A DNA stretch of 64,000 nt from Candidatus Kapaibacterium sp. (GCA_963665665.1 OY762428.1:4032001-4096000), one strand, 5' to 3'; positions 9,721 through 19,950 are shown, counted from the first letter of the stretch. Made by a program: numbers and translations. The notes: a model not told the origin generated them from the sequence alone.

Positions 9721-12084
9721 TTATTTAAACATGCTGTTATTTCCAGGATTCGGGTTGTTTTTGGGATCGTCAGCAACTTTTTGCCGGGCTTCCGGTTTAA
9801 ATTTTAATCCGGTTATATATTTTTTATTTCCAGTACTTGTAATTTTTTTAAATCCTTTTTCTTCCAGTTTTCTGTAAAAAGTTCTGTTGCCAAGTATCCT
9901 TTCAGAATATTCTCTGCACCAGGTCTGGTATGATACGAAAACACTTTTCGCAAGTATCTTATCATTCGGATCATTTGTTATATCAAAAAATTCCTCAAGG
10001 AAATCCTGGACAATGTCATTTTCATTGCGGTATTCACTTGTCGCGGAAGTTACTATTCTTGGTGGTTGCAGGCCGTACATCTGGTATTTCTTCCATCCTT
10101 CTATCATCCAGTTCAGGATCACGGATTTCTCGTTCATAAGTTCGTCCATAATCTCATCAGCAGGGCGGCGTTCATCATCGGAAATGGTAACGGTAAAGGG
10201 AATAATCAATATGCGTCGCCATATTCCTTCGTCCGTGCCTTTTATTATTGGTTTGTGGTTGCCGTACATCCAAAGCGTGTGCGTGGGGAAGAAATCAAAA
10301 AACTCCTGCCGCAGGAAACGCGCCGTAATTTTGTCGTGGCCTGTCAGGTCTTTTACTTTTTCCTCGTTCAGGCGGCGGCTTTCCGGTAGTTCCGAGCTTA
10401 CTACCAGCCTGTGGCCCACGATACGCGCCAAATCGTTGGATATACCTTCGTTTTGCCTTTGCATCAGAGTATCGGCCCCGATTTTCATACCGTAATCGCC
10501 AAACATCTTATCCAGCACGTTAAAGAAAATGGATTTTCCGTTCTTACCTGTGCCATAGCAGAAGAAAAGAACTTCTTCGCTAACATTTCCGTTCATGGTG
10601 TAGCCCACGGCCCTTTGCACAAAATCGATAAGCTCCTGGTTATCATCAAAAACTGTGGCAAGGAATAAATCCCATGCAACGCCCATATCCTCGTCGGGTT
10701 TATACTCGGCATCAACGATATTTGTTATCATATCTTCGCGCTGGTGGGGGGTTTTGAAAACATTGTCCCGCAGGTCGTAAGTTCCGTTTGCCAGGTTAAA
10801 CAGGTGGTTATGTTTATTATAATCGCTTTCCAGTGTGGCAAACCCGTTCCGGCCCTTTGCCATTTTTATTGAATTATAAAAAGTGCTGGCGCTTTGGGAT
10901 TTCAGGCTCCATTTGTAAAGTTCCTTTTTTTTCCCTCCGTTTTTTTCCTGGCTTGCCTCAATCTTCAGCTTCATAACGGTTTCATCCATGTACCTTTCAT
11001 GCTTATCTTTCTCGTCCAGGTTCCATTTTGTTCCGTCCCATATCATCCATTTGCCTCGGTTATGGTTAAAGCGCAGGGTATCCTTCCATTGCTCGTAAAA
11101 CCTGACGGAGTTTCCGCGTTCCGTCATATCGGGGCCTTCGTTCTTTGCGCGGTTGGCCTCGGCAATACCCGGAATTTTATTAATATCGTAGCCGTAATGC
11201 TTCGCAAAGTATATTAGCGTTCCGATACTGATATTCCGCAGGCGGTATTTCATTTTTCGGGCTGTCCCCATATCTTCGTCGCGGCTCCAGTTTTCTACAA
11301 TATCCACGGCGGTAGTCATATCCGATTCAAAATAATTGCCAATGGCGGAAATTATCTTCAGCCAAACATAGTAGCCGGGATAGGGGGGTATCGCGTCCAG
11401 CATTTCTTCTATGTGTTTGCGCCCGATTTCCCTGTCCGCGTACTCCCTGTAAAACTTTGTTTTGGGTTCCTCGTGGTGGTAGTCCTGCTTTGCTGCTTCC
11501 CAAAAAGATCGTGTCATCAGGTTATCAAAAATATAGAAGTCACCTTTCGAGCTGCCGTAATACATTCGGGAAACATCTTTGCACTGATCGTCCGCGTCGT
11601 ATTTGCGGATAAAGAACAATACTGTTTCCTGGAACTGTGTGGCGCTCAGGCTTGTTTTTTGGAACGAAAGAACTATCCTGAACTTGTGATGCTCCGGCGT
11701 ATGGCTTGCAGTGGTATAAATCATTACGGCATTATTTGTCAGCTCGGGATCATTTACAGCATCTTCAACCCGGAAGTATCCCTCGTGTTCTTTTTTGCAT
11801 CTTATTTCGCCGGTTTCCTTGTCAGTAATAGTGTTATCAATATCCAGGGCCACCAGCCGGGCTTTCAGGAAATTAGCCGCGCCGCGCCCTTCTTTCGGGT
11901 TTTTCCAATACGCACAGGAAAAGGCAAACCCTTTTGCAATATGCTCCTTCAGCTCTTCGGCAGTAAGCTCGGCATTTTCCCATTTATGCGTATCAGCAGC
12001 GCGGTTATGGGCCTTATCAATAATCCCCTTGTTAATACTGCAAGGGTATGTTCTTGGTTTTGTTTTTTTAACTAAGTCAATCAT
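9721..12084 (-). CDS. Phage/plasmid P4/D5-family primase-helicase (AEP + PriCT-2 + D5_N + SF3 helicase)
   Basis: ALDIDN and YTTASH..KFRIV (AEP), YYVWLKIISAI (PriCT-2), WMIWDGTKW, GTGKNGKS Walker A, SELPE, KDLTGHDKITARFL. Confidence 0.93.
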   Translation of the reverse strand: MIDLVKKTKPRTYPCSINKGIIDKAHNRAADTHKWENAELTAEELKEHIAKGFAFSCAYWKNPKEGRGAANFLKARLVALDIDNTITDKETGEIRCKKEHEGYFRVEDAVNDPELTNNAVMIYTTASHTPEHHKFRIVLSFQKTSLSATQFQETVLFFIRKYDADDQCKDVSRMYYGSSKGDFYIFDNLMTRSFWEAAKQDYHHEEPKTKFYREYADREIGRKHIEEMLDAIPPYPGYYVWLKIISAIGNYFESDMTTAVDIVENWSRDEDMGTARKMKYRLRNISIGTLIYFAKHYGYDINKIPGIAEANRAKNEGPDMTERGNSVRFYEQWKDTLRFNHNRGKWMIWDGTKWNLDEKDKHERYMDETVMKLKIEASQEKNGGKKKELYKWSLKSQSASTFYNSIKMAKGRNGFATLESDYNKHNHLFNLANGTYDLRDNVFKTPHQREDMITNIVDAEYKPDEDMGVAWDLFLATVFDDNQELIDFVQRAVGYTMNGNVSEEVLFFCYGTGKNGKSIFFNVLDKMFGDYGMKIGADTLMQRQNEGISNDLARIVGHRLVVSSELPESRRLNEEKVKDLTGHDKITARFLRQEFFDFFPTHTLWMYGNHKPIIKGTDEGIWRRILIIPFTVTISDDERRPADEIMDELMNEKSVILNWMIEGWKKYQMYGLQPPRIVTSATSEYRNENDIVQDFLEEFFDITNDPNDKILAKSVFVSYQTWCREYSERILGNRTFYRKLEEKGFKKITSTGNKKYITGLKFKPEARQKVADDPKNNPNPGNNSMFK

Positions 12085-12416
12085 TATTTCAGTTCCTCAT
12101 TATTACATTTATCATCCTGAAATAACTTCATAACTTCTGATCGTTTGAAGAATATTCTTCCGCCAACTGGATGAACTTTGATTAGTCCTTTTTCTATCCA
12201 GTTATAGATTGTTGGCCTTGACACCTTCAACAATGAAATCAAATCAATCATTGTCATAATATCGGATTCTGTTGAGCTTGATTCACTTTCATTATTTTTC
12301 GTTTTCAGATTATTTAATTCCTGTTTAATCATCGCACGAACTTCACTGGATTGAAAGTGTTTTGATTCCGGGGTTTCTTTCTTGTTCATAATAGATTCCA
12401 TTATTATTAATAACAA
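12084..12416 (-). CDS. Excisionase-like HTH_17 DNA-binding protein
   Basis: MTMIDLISLLKVSRPTIYNWIEKGLIKVHPVGGRIFFKRSEV; stop overlaps the primase start. Confidence 0.85.
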   Translation of the reverse strand: MLLIIMESIMNKKETPESKHFQSSEVRAMIKQELNNLKTKNNESESSSTESDIMTMIDLISLLKVSRPTIYNWIEKGLIKVHPVGGRIFFKRSEVMKLFQDDKCNNEELK

Positions 12417-12547
12417 TTATTATCAATATCTTACTTGTCTTGTCAAGATTTAATGGAATTTATCGTTTAGGCGCTATTAATGAAAATAATCTTACTTAAA
12501 AAATTTTTCAGTAATCTGTATCTTATTGGTTTTTTTGATTTTATTTT

Positions 12548-12781
12548 TTACTTAAAACTTTTTACTGATATTTCTTTTAGGGCTGCATCGGTTAAATATT
12601 TCATAATACGTTGCTTTGCCTTTCTTGCTGCAAGGATAGCTTCCCTGTTTTTATAATATCTTTCTCGGGCTTTTTCCTTAATTTTTTCCTTATTTTTGGG
12701 GTTGTTATAATACTTTCTGTTCATAATTTTTCGGTCTTCAGAAGTATAATATTTTCGTGGCTTTTGGAGCTTAATTTCCAT
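12548..12781 (-). CDS. Small basic hypothetical protein
   Basis: 77 aa, K/R/Y-rich helical ORF next to the att site. Confidence 0.55.
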   Translation of the reverse strand: MEIKLQKPRKYYTSEDRKIMNRKYYNNPKNKEKIKEKARERYYKNREAILAARKAKQRIMKYLTDAALKEISVKSFK

Positions 12782-12795
12782 AGGAATCCCTTAAT

Positions 12796-12816
12796 AGTAG
12801 AACATCAGTAGAACAT
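12796..12816 (+). repeat. Tandem 10-bp direct repeat, candidate integrase arm-type sites
   Basis: AGTAGAACAT-C-AGTAGAACAT about 50 bp inside the att core. Confidence 0.55.
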
Positions 12817-12864
12817 TTTGTAAAAATAACGTTTTTTTGTTAAAAATCAATGGTTATTATTTCT

Positions 12865-12907
12865 CTACGGATCAGGAGGTTACAGGTTCGAATCCTGTCG
12901 GGTGTAC
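12865..12907 (+). mobile_element. att site: 3' half of tRNA-Arg(ACG)
   Basis: CTACGGATCAGGAGGTTACAGGTTCGAATCCTGTCGGGTGTAC gives the anticodon loop, T-arm and acceptor 3' strand; no 5' half upstream. Confidence 0.88.
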
Positions 12908-12920
12908 GAAATATAAGATT

Positions 12921-12965
12921 AAGTCTTTGTAATATAATAAATTACAAAGGCTTTTCTTGTTTTTA
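12921..12965 (+). terminator. Hairpin plus T-tract after the tRNA fragment
   Basis: aagtctttgtaat / attacaaaggctt followed by ttcttgttttt. Confidence 0.55.
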
Positions 12966-13396
12966 CACAAACATTCCGTAAACTTATCCGGGCTCACACA
13001 CAAAACTTGGGGACTAAGCAAAAAGTTTCATAAATCTGAATATGAAGAAGTCGTTATCGACAACACCTCTCTGGTTAGGCCTGAATAGTTTAATCCCCCG
13101 GATTTGTTTCTGACCTGAATAATTCACGAGTTTTATCAGTTTTTATTTGTATTGAATGTAACTGATATTGCAGTTGTTCTCTGCCTGCAATTTGTGGTAA
13201 TGAAAAAAAATTATTATATAAAAAAATATGCATAAATTTCCGAACAAACCTTTCTCTAAATTAGATTTAGCTAAAAATAATTTCAATATATTGTAAGTTC
13301 TGATCAGATTTTTCAAAAATTTGTAATATATTGCAACTTGTTATTTTTGTATGGGGATTTTAAGTACTTTTTTTAATTAACTATTTGGGAGATGAA

Positions 13397-14524
13397 ATGT
13401 CTCAGGAAAAAACTTACAAAATAGCGTGGCTGCCGGGTGACGGAATTGGCGTGGACGTTCTTGATGCTGCTAAGATTATCTTTGACAAGATTAAGCTTAA
13501 TGCTGAATATATACATGGTGATATTGGTTGGGAATTTTGGTGCAAAGAAGGAGACCCTTTACCGAAACGCACTATAGAACTTCTGGAAAATTCAGATGCT
13601 TCGATGTTTGGCGCAATTACTTCAAAACCGGTAAAAGCTGCAAATGCCGAGCTGGCTCCGGAATTGCAGGATAAAGGGCTCATATATCGTTCGCCTATCG
13701 TAAGAATGCGTCAGTTGTTCGACCTTTATGTATGCTTAAGGCCCACAAAGGCCTATTTGGGCAATCCTTTGAACTATCGTGATGATATTGATATTGTTGT
13801 TTTCAGGGAAAATACCGAGGATCTGTATTCAGGGGTTGAATTTTCGCCGGTACCCAAAGAGCTGAGCGATGTTCTTAACAAAATTTCAGGCCCGTTCTCG
13901 AAATTTGCCGGCCTGAATAATGACGAGTATGCAATATCCTGCAAAATTAATACTGCCAAAGGATGTGAAAGGATTATTCGTGCTGCATTTGATTATGCAA
14001 AAACTCACAACAGGCAGAAAGTTACTATCGTACACAAGGCCAATGTTGTTCGTGCAACTGATGGAATGTTCCTTGAAATCGGCCGCGAAGTGGCAAAAGA
14101 TTATCCTGAAATAGAAATGGATGAAGGAAACATTGATGCAATGACAATGTGGCTGCTTAAAAATCCGGAAAGATATGACGTGCTGGTTGCTCCAAACCTG
14201 TACGGAGATGTAATATCAGACCTTTGTGCACAGATGGTTGGCGGCCTTGGATTTGGTTGTTCAGGTAATATTGGCGAGAAACTGTGCGTTGCCGAACCTA
14301 CTCACGGATCTGCTCCGAAATATGCCGGCCAATACAAAGTAAACCCGATAGCAACTATTCTTGCTGGTAAAATGATGCTTGAAGAGCTTGGGGAACTTGA
14401 AAAAGCTGCTATTATCGAGAAAGCAACTGCTGAAGTTATTGCCGACGGTAAAGTAAGAACTTACGACATGGGCGGTGATGCAACAACATTGCAAATGGCC
14501 GAAGCAATAGCTGAAAGAATATAA
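13397..14524 (+). CDS. Isocitrate/isopropylmalate dehydrogenase family enzyme
   Basis: LPGDGIG, FRENTEDLYSG, HKANVV, NLYGDVISD, EPTHGSAPKYAG; GGAG RBS before ATG 13397. Confidence 0.95.
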   Translation: MSQEKTYKIAWLPGDGIGVDVLDAAKIIFDKIKLNAEYIHGDIGWEFWCKEGDPLPKRTIELLENSDASMFGAITSKPVKAANAELAPELQDKGLIYRSPIVRMRQLFDLYVCLRPTKAYLGNPLNYRDDIDIVVFRENTEDLYSGVEFSPVPKELSDVLNKISGPFSKFAGLNNDEYAISCKINTAKGCERIIRAAFDYAKTHNRQKVTIVHKANVVRATDGMFLEIGREVAKDYPEIEMDEGNIDAMTMWLLKNPERYDVLVAPNLYGDVISDLCAQMVGGLGFGCSGNIGEKLCVAEPTHGSAPKYAGQYKVNPIATILAGKMMLEELGELEKAAIIEKATAEVIADGKVRTYDMGGDATTLQMAEAIAERI

Positions 14525-14546
14525 TACAAATTGAATTGCTATATGC

Positions 14547-14582
14547 AAAAAAAGGCTGCCCGGATCAGGCAGCCTTTTTTTT
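14547..14582. terminator. Bidirectional intrinsic terminator
   Basis: A-tract, ggctgcc/ggcagcc stem, T-tract between convergent genes. Confidence 0.85.
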
Positions 14583-14601
14583 GATGATATTTAAAAGTTC
14601 T

Positions 14602-15108
14602 TTAGTTGTAAATATCCAAAACTCCATTGTCAGCCTTTACTTTCAGGCCTTCAGTGCTTTCTGCCTCGAAATTGTAACTACCCGTTATCCTGCTTCCGAT
14701 TATGGATGTTATATTTACTGAACCGCTCTTGGATATGTAAGTTTCACGGGCTTTCCCGTCAAGAAAAGTTGAAAATGTGGCTATTGCATAATCCACATCT
14801 TCGTTTTGTTTTTTTTCATCGATATCTATTATTGGGAATACTCCGGATATTTCACTGTTCTTAAAATATATATAAAGTGTCATATAGTATTTTAAGGAGT
14901 CTGTTTCCATTGGGCTGGCAAGCTGTACAACATAACGACCGCTATCACTGGCTTCAGTTACAAAAGTTTGAGATTCGAATAAAATTTCAATCTCTCCGCT
15001 TATATCTGCTGTCATTTCAGGATCATAAACAGGAGTCGAAGAGGGGGGATCATCATTACATGAAATCATGATTAATAATGGGATAAAAAGTAAAATTAGT
15101 TTTTTCAT
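14602..15108 (-). CDS. Hypothetical lipoprotein
   Basis: MKKLILL...MISC lipobox-like signal. Confidence 0.75.
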   Translation of the reverse strand: MKKLILLFIPLLIMISCNDDPPSSTPVYDPEMTADISGEIEILFESQTFVTEASDSGRYVVQLASPMETDSLKYYMTLYIYFKNSEISGVFPIIDIDEKKQNEDVDYAIATFSTFLDGKARETYISKSGSVNITSIIGSRITGSYNFEAESTEGLKVKADNGVLDIYN

Positions 15109-15165
15109 TATAATACTCCTGATTAAAATTCAGAAAATCTTTCAAACTCAGTACATATAAGATAC

Positions 15166-15202
15166 AAAAAAATCTGCCAACTAAATAAGCAGGCAGATTT
15201 TT
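15166..15202 (-). terminator. Intrinsic terminator
   Basis: aaaatctgcc / ggcagatttt inverted repeat downstream of the T9SS gene. Confidence 0.7.
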
Positions 15203-15222
15203 CTTATGAAAAATTAATAATT

Positions 15223-18210
15223 TTATCTTGCTATTATCAATGTTGACGTTTTAACATCACGCCCGTAAAATAACCTGTAAACATACATTCCCTGCCTAAG
15301 ATCTGAAACATCGACGGTTAATGTATAATATCCTGCCTTCATGTACTGGTTCAGAACTGATTTTACATGATTGCCTGACAAATCGAAGATATCGACTTTT
15401 ACATCAGCGCTGCCGGGAATTCCCATATCGATAATAACTTGTTCGGTGGCCGGGTTAGGTTTGCCGTCCTGCAGAAGAACTGTTTCCGGAACTTTTGATG
15501 TTGTCATCCTTACTCCGATATCGCATTTTGTTTCCGAGGTTCTTTCGAATGGCAGGCCGAAACCTTCTAAGGGTACAATTTTAGTAAGGCAATTGAACAC
15601 AATGCTTAGCGAATCGCGATACATTTCCTGATTTGAATTCAGAGGCTTAAAGCATACATTCAGTAACTCAAAGTCTCCGGGTTGAATTTCAATAGGAAGC
15701 TCTGCCTGTGGAACTGAGAAAAATATGTTTTCTGCCATCCTGGCGTCTTCGAAAACTATCGGGAAGCTTCCATAATTTTCTATTTTTAATTCATAGCAGT
15801 ACCTCCCGCCGATTTCCTGACCCTCGTAATCAACAATGCTGATTGAAGTGTAGGCATCTTCCTGTAGTTCCGGGAAAACGATAGTGTATCCGGGGATTGC
15901 ATGATCAATAACAGTTTCGTGTCCGACTGAATCAGTAACTATTATACTTACAAATGCATCCTGGTATGGATCTTCTACTTCAACCTTCATGTGGGATTCA
16001 AATATCCCGAATTCAAAATCAAATATTGCGCAATTTGTTGTATCAGTTACCTCAATTTTTTCAATACCGAAATCAAGCCTTGTGGAATCCGTTATAGTAA
16101 GCTCCACGTAGCGGTTGCAAGGATCCTGGTTCATGCTGAACTCGGGATCGTTCTCATCGTCCTGCGCAAAAATATTTATAGTAATTAAGCTTTCATCACA
16201 ATCGGATATTAATTTTAATATATCCGAATATTCTCCTCCGTCCAAAGGCGTGATGCATATTTTAATTTCTTCTGATTGCCCGGGTTCAATATCCAGGGGC
16301 ATAGGAGTATCAATTGTGAAATCATCGCCACCCTGTACAAAATCGCTTTGATTGATTATTTGAGTGAATTTGCCGTGATTCTTTATTGTAAGATAAAAAC
16401 AGAATTGATTTCGTACCCGGCATATATCATTGTATTCCATTCCGCTGCCGTTGTCTTCGGTGTTTGTAAACGATAATGTATAACCGGGAATTTCGTAGTT
16501 TTCAGTTGTTTCATGGGTAGCAGAATCGGTTGCAACTATTGTAAAACTGCCGTCCATATTGCGGTTAACTAACGAGGCTTTGAAATTGACAATTTTATCA
16601 CCCGAGGTGAATCCGTTAAAGTCAACATTCACATTATTAGTATTAGTTGCTTCTACTTTATCAATGTAGGAATCATTAAGAGAAGTATCGGCGATTATTC
16701 CTTCAAACTCGAAACAATCTTCCTTGTGAGTTATATCAGGTGGAAGAAAATCGAAATATTTAACGCTTACTCCTCCGAAATAGCCGTAAGAATTAGCTTC
16801 TCCATAACCGTAAATATACAGGCCAAATTGGGAGGGCGATTCAATAGTATGCACTCCCTGACTGACATCAATATGTATATATGCCCATCCGGTATTTCCG
16901 ATATTATATGATTTTTCGCCGGTTATTGGTTTGTTGTCGAGCCTGATTGTTGGTATGGCAGAAATCTTGCTAATCACTGTAATGTAATGTTCGGAATAAA
17001 CCGGGTAGTAGTTTTTGAATGTAGTATCGTATTCATGTGATTGAATATTGATGAATCTGTAAAAAATATCAAAATTTTCAGTTTGGGGGATATACATCAT
17101 AAATGGATCACTAACCTTTGTGGTGTTTCCACTACCTTTGGAGGATTTTTTGTATTGGCAGACCATAATTGGTTTATTACTTTTTACCGAGTGGGCTCTT
17201 GTAAGATTTCCCTCGTGAAATTCACCTTTGTCAAGACTGGTAATAAAAATATCATCAATTTTTATTTCTGTTCCGTCAAAAGCGGCAAGAATCCTGTAAA
17301 GGTCATTTTCCTCGCTCGATTGATTACTACCAGACTTAAATGGAAATAGGAATACATTGTTGCCCCATGATTCAACAGGCATCATTTGTTCCATAAGGCA
17401 ATCTCTTGAACCACCACTCCATGAATCCTTTACTGGTACGGATGCCCGGGTATGTCCGGAAAAAACTGCCACGGGCTTTGATGTTTCAACGTAAGAGCCA
17501 GTCAGATCAAGCTGTGCAGAAGAATATTCATTTCTATATGCTTCCACAAGATAACTTTCTCCCTGGTTAAGAGTAAATTCCTGAACTTTTGAAGATGCTT
17601 TTTTATGTGTAGGTGCTTTTGGCTCAATTCGTACATGTGTTCCGTCTTCGGTGGCAACAATTGCAAATTGGGAAGGAGTCATTGATGAAAGACTAGAATA
17701 AGGTCTGGAATTATTATACGACATCACCATATACTTTTTTCCAAGTGCGTCAGTTGGCATAACGTTGAATGCGTCACTTGACATCTGTGCCTGATTATGA
17801 GCGTAAATTGTCACGTCACTTTCGGAAGTGATATGAAACGACTGCTTTATTGGGATTTCACTGTCACCTAAATTGTGTACAGAACCTTTAATTTCATAGT
17901 CCCACCAGCTAACCCTGAACATATACAGCTCGTCGGGGTTTGTTATAGTGAAATTTTCTTCATGCCTTTGTTCGCTTTTATCCCAGTATTCTATTGTGCC
18001 GCTTGTTGGCTCTGTAGCACCAATAAAAATATACAGGGAATCCCCGAACTTTAATCTGGGCTTGTTCGAATCATAGTTATTATGATAATTCGGAAGATAT
18101 GTTACCCAGAAATCTGTTCCACGGGTATCGGGATCCTTATCTGCTGAAATAAGTGGGTGAGAAAAAGTAAAAAGAACTATTAGCAGCAGCAGTATTTTAT
18201 TTATTTTCAT
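15223..18210 (-). CDS. IgGFc-binding-domain secreted protein with Ig-like repeats and a T9SS C-terminal domain
   Basis: Signal peptide, GTDFWVTY, SSDAF..PTDALGKKY, KPVAVFSGH, YGYGEANSYGY, C-terminal PNP..DIFDLSG..GMYVYRL. Confidence 0.85.
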   Translation of the reverse strand: MKINKILLLLIVLFTFSHPLISADKDPDTRGTDFWVTYLPNYHNNYDSNKPRLKFGDSLYIFIGATEPTSGTIEYWDKSEQRHEENFTITNPDELYMFRVSWWDYEIKGSVHNLGDSEIPIKQSFHITSESDVTIYAHNQAQMSSDAFNVMPTDALGKKYMVMSYNNSRPYSSLSSMTPSQFAIVATEDGTHVRIEPKAPTHKKASSKVQEFTLNQGESYLVEAYRNEYSSAQLDLTGSYVETSKPVAVFSGHTRASVPVKDSWSGGSRDCLMEQMMPVESWGNNVFLFPFKSGSNQSSEENDLYRILAAFDGTEIKIDDIFITSLDKGEFHEGNLTRAHSVKSNKPIMVCQYKKSSKGSGNTTKVSDPFMMYIPQTENFDIFYRFINIQSHEYDTTFKNYYPVYSEHYITVISKISAIPTIRLDNKPITGEKSYNIGNTGWAYIHIDVSQGVHTIESPSQFGLYIYGYGEANSYGYFGGVSVKYFDFLPPDITHKEDCFEFEGIIADTSLNDSYIDKVEATNTNNVNVDFNGFTSGDKIVNFKASLVNRNMDGSFTIVATDSATHETTENYEIPGYTLSFTNTEDNGSGMEYNDICRVRNQFCFYLTIKNHGKFTQIINQSDFVQGGDDFTIDTPMPLDIEPGQSEEIKICITPLDGGEYSDILKLISDCDESLITINIFAQDDENDPEFSMNQDPCNRYVELTITDSTRLDFGIEKIEVTDTTNCAIFDFEFGIFESHMKVEVEDPYQDAFVSIIVTDSVGHETVIDHAIPGYTIVFPELQEDAYTSISIVDYEGQEIGGRYCYELKIENYGSFPIVFEDARMAENIFFSVPQAELPIEIQPGDFELLNVCFKPLNSNQEMYRDSLSIVFNCLTKIVPLEGFGLPFERTSETKCDIGVRMTTSKVPETVLLQDGKPNPATEQVIIDMGIPGSADVKVDIFDLSGNHVKSVLNQYMKAGYYTLTVDVSDLRQGMYVYRLFYGRDVKTSTLIIAR

Positions 18211-18402
18211 GATATTTCCTTCAAGTGCCAATTGATAATATTACTAAAGACAAACCGGACATCATCTTATTTTACAAGCGTCTAATTAACTAACAAATCA
18301 ACCCCGGCTTTGGTTACATTTCTTTTTCAGATAAATGCTCTTTCGAAAAATTTTCATAATTTGCAATTCTTTTGTTAATGAATTATAAAGAATAACGAAA
18401 TA

Positions 18403-18990
18403 ATGCGAAAATTGTCTCATTCGGAAATTCTGGAAGAACGCCTGACCCCTGAAGAAGCTATTCTGGCTGACAGGAATCCGGTTTCAGTAATTATCCACAA
18501 CGTCCGTAGTTTGTATAATGTAGGGTCAATTTTCAGGACCTGTGATTCCGCAAAGGCTGCCGGGTTGATCATGAGTGGCTACACCCCTCATCCCCCGCGT
18601 AAGGAAATCGAGAAGACTGCCCTTGGCGCTGTTGATTCTGTACCATGGCAATACGAGAAAGATATTTTTACTGCCATTGAATCCCGAAAAGCCCTTGGGG
18701 AGAAAGTTTTTGCCGTTGAACTTACCGACAAAAAACGTCCCTATGATTCACTTCTTCCTGATGAATACCCGGTATGCCTGGTTCTGGGCAATGAACTAAC
18801 CGGCCTGGAAGATGACGTTATCGACGCTTGTGATGATGCCATTGAAATTCCCATGCACGGCGTGAAACATTCCCTGAATGTATCGGTAGCAGCCGGAATC
18901 AGTATTTTTGAAGCCGTCAGGCTTTTTCTTAAGTTTTCAAAAAATCCCGCAACACAGTCTCCGTTTGATAATATTACACCTGAAAAGTAA
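18403..18990 (+). CDS. TrmH/SpoU family RNA methyltransferase
   Basis: HNVRSLYNVGSIFRT, LGNELTGL, IPMHGVKHSLNVSVA. Confidence 0.93.
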   Translation: MRKLSHSEILEERLTPEEAILADRNPVSVIIHNVRSLYNVGSIFRTCDSAKAAGLIMSGYTPHPPRKEIEKTALGAVDSVPWQYEKDIFTAIESRKALGEKVFAVELTDKKRPYDSLLPDEYPVCLVLGNELTGLEDDVIDACDDAIEIPMHGVKHSLNVSVAAGISIFEAVRLFLKFSKNPATQSPFDNITPEK

Positions 18991-19018
18991 AATCGTTAAC
19001 AATAATTGGAAAAAATGT

Positions 19019-19825
19019 ATGAATTTGAAGATAGCCGTACCCGACAATAAGATATTTAAGCCTTTATATATGAATAGCGAATCAGTTTCAAAACAGTTCA
19101 ATGTTACTCTGCTGCCAATGCCGGAAAACCAGGTGACTGAAATGATGCTGAACAATCGTGTGGACATTGCTCTGATTACTCCCGAGGGGTATGGAAGGGG
19201 ATTAGCTAAAGCCGATTTCAGAATTATTCCGGGTCCCGCGCTTGCCACAACCGGCTACACTGCACTGGCCTCTATGTATTTCAGGCGTAATCTGGATGTT
19301 ATAAGCAGTTGTTCGTCTCCGGCCCCTGATGATTTTCTTATCAGGATCGGGCACAAACTGATGGCTGAAAATTTTGCGTATCACGGGGAATTAAAAAAGG
19401 ACAGCGGAAAGTCAGCCGATTTACTAAAAAATTCCGAATCTGCTATTGTATATGGCAGTCATGATTTTGAAGAAGTAGCCATTGATATCAGCGAAGAGTG
19501 GTTCCTGACTTATGAAATGCCTCTTCCATTGGCATTTTGGGTTTGTCGGAATGAGGAAATTCCGGATGATCCGCGCCCGGTTGTTGAAAAACTTGCTTCA
19601 GCGGAACTTATAGATGAAGAAGATGTTGTTGAATACAACGGGGATGATGATTCCGGTATAAGGCGGGGTATTTTGCATTGGAAATGGACAGATGAAATGA
19701 AGCTGGCACTCGACCAGACTCTGCAGTTCCTTTTCTTCAGGCAGATGCTGACAGCCATACCTGCCGTAAAGGTTTACGGTGAAAAAGCTCCCGGAGAAGA
19801 GGAAGAAGGCGAAGAAAAGAAATAA
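19019..19825 (+). CDS. MqnA/MqnD-like (futalosine pathway family) protein, divergent
   Basis: DIALIT..Y, FRIIPG..ATTG, DISEEWFLTYEMPLPLAFWV resemble MqnA motifs. Confidence 0.6.
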   Translation: MNLKIAVPDNKIFKPLYMNSESVSKQFNVTLLPMPENQVTEMMLNNRVDIALITPEGYGRGLAKADFRIIPGPALATTGYTALASMYFRRNLDVISSCSSPAPDDFLIRIGHKLMAENFAYHGELKKDSGKSADLLKNSESAIVYGSHDFEEVAIDISEEWFLTYEMPLPLAFWVCRNEEIPDDPRPVVEKLASAELIDEEDVVEYNGDDDSGIRRGILHWKWTDEMKLALDQTLQFLFFRQMLTAIPAVKVYGEKAPGEEEEGEEKK

Positions 19826-19950
19826 GCCGGGTTAAATCTTTGATATAAAAATAGTTTGATAATATGAAACAGGAATCTGATGCATGACTGGAGACTGTTA
19901 TTATTTCCCATTCCCGGCCATACCGGGGATGATTTAAGTTGCATTACAAA

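Larger units (their letters stand above)
1..12907. mobile_element. Right part of a tRNA-Arg(ACG)-integrated element (phage-satellite/IME-like) carrying a Type I R-M defence locus; left end and integrase lie outside the window
   Basis: Primase-helicase plus excisionase-like HTH gene, defence cargo, and a 3' half tRNA copy at 12865-12907 followed by housekeeping genes. Confidence 0.8.

Noticed and set aside
7487-12133. Long antisense ORFs over hsdR and the primase
   Set aside because: Shadow frames of well-supported genes
12865-12907. Functional tRNA-Arg gene
   Set aside because: The acceptor 5' strand and D-arm are absent; treated as an att site
18491-18499. Perfect DnaA box TTATCCACA
   Set aside because: Single copy inside the trmH-like CDS; I saw no DnaA-box cluster at the 51-kb AT core either
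19826-19950. Second att copy for a tRNA-Pro island
   Set aside because: No duplication of the tRNA-Pro 3' end found
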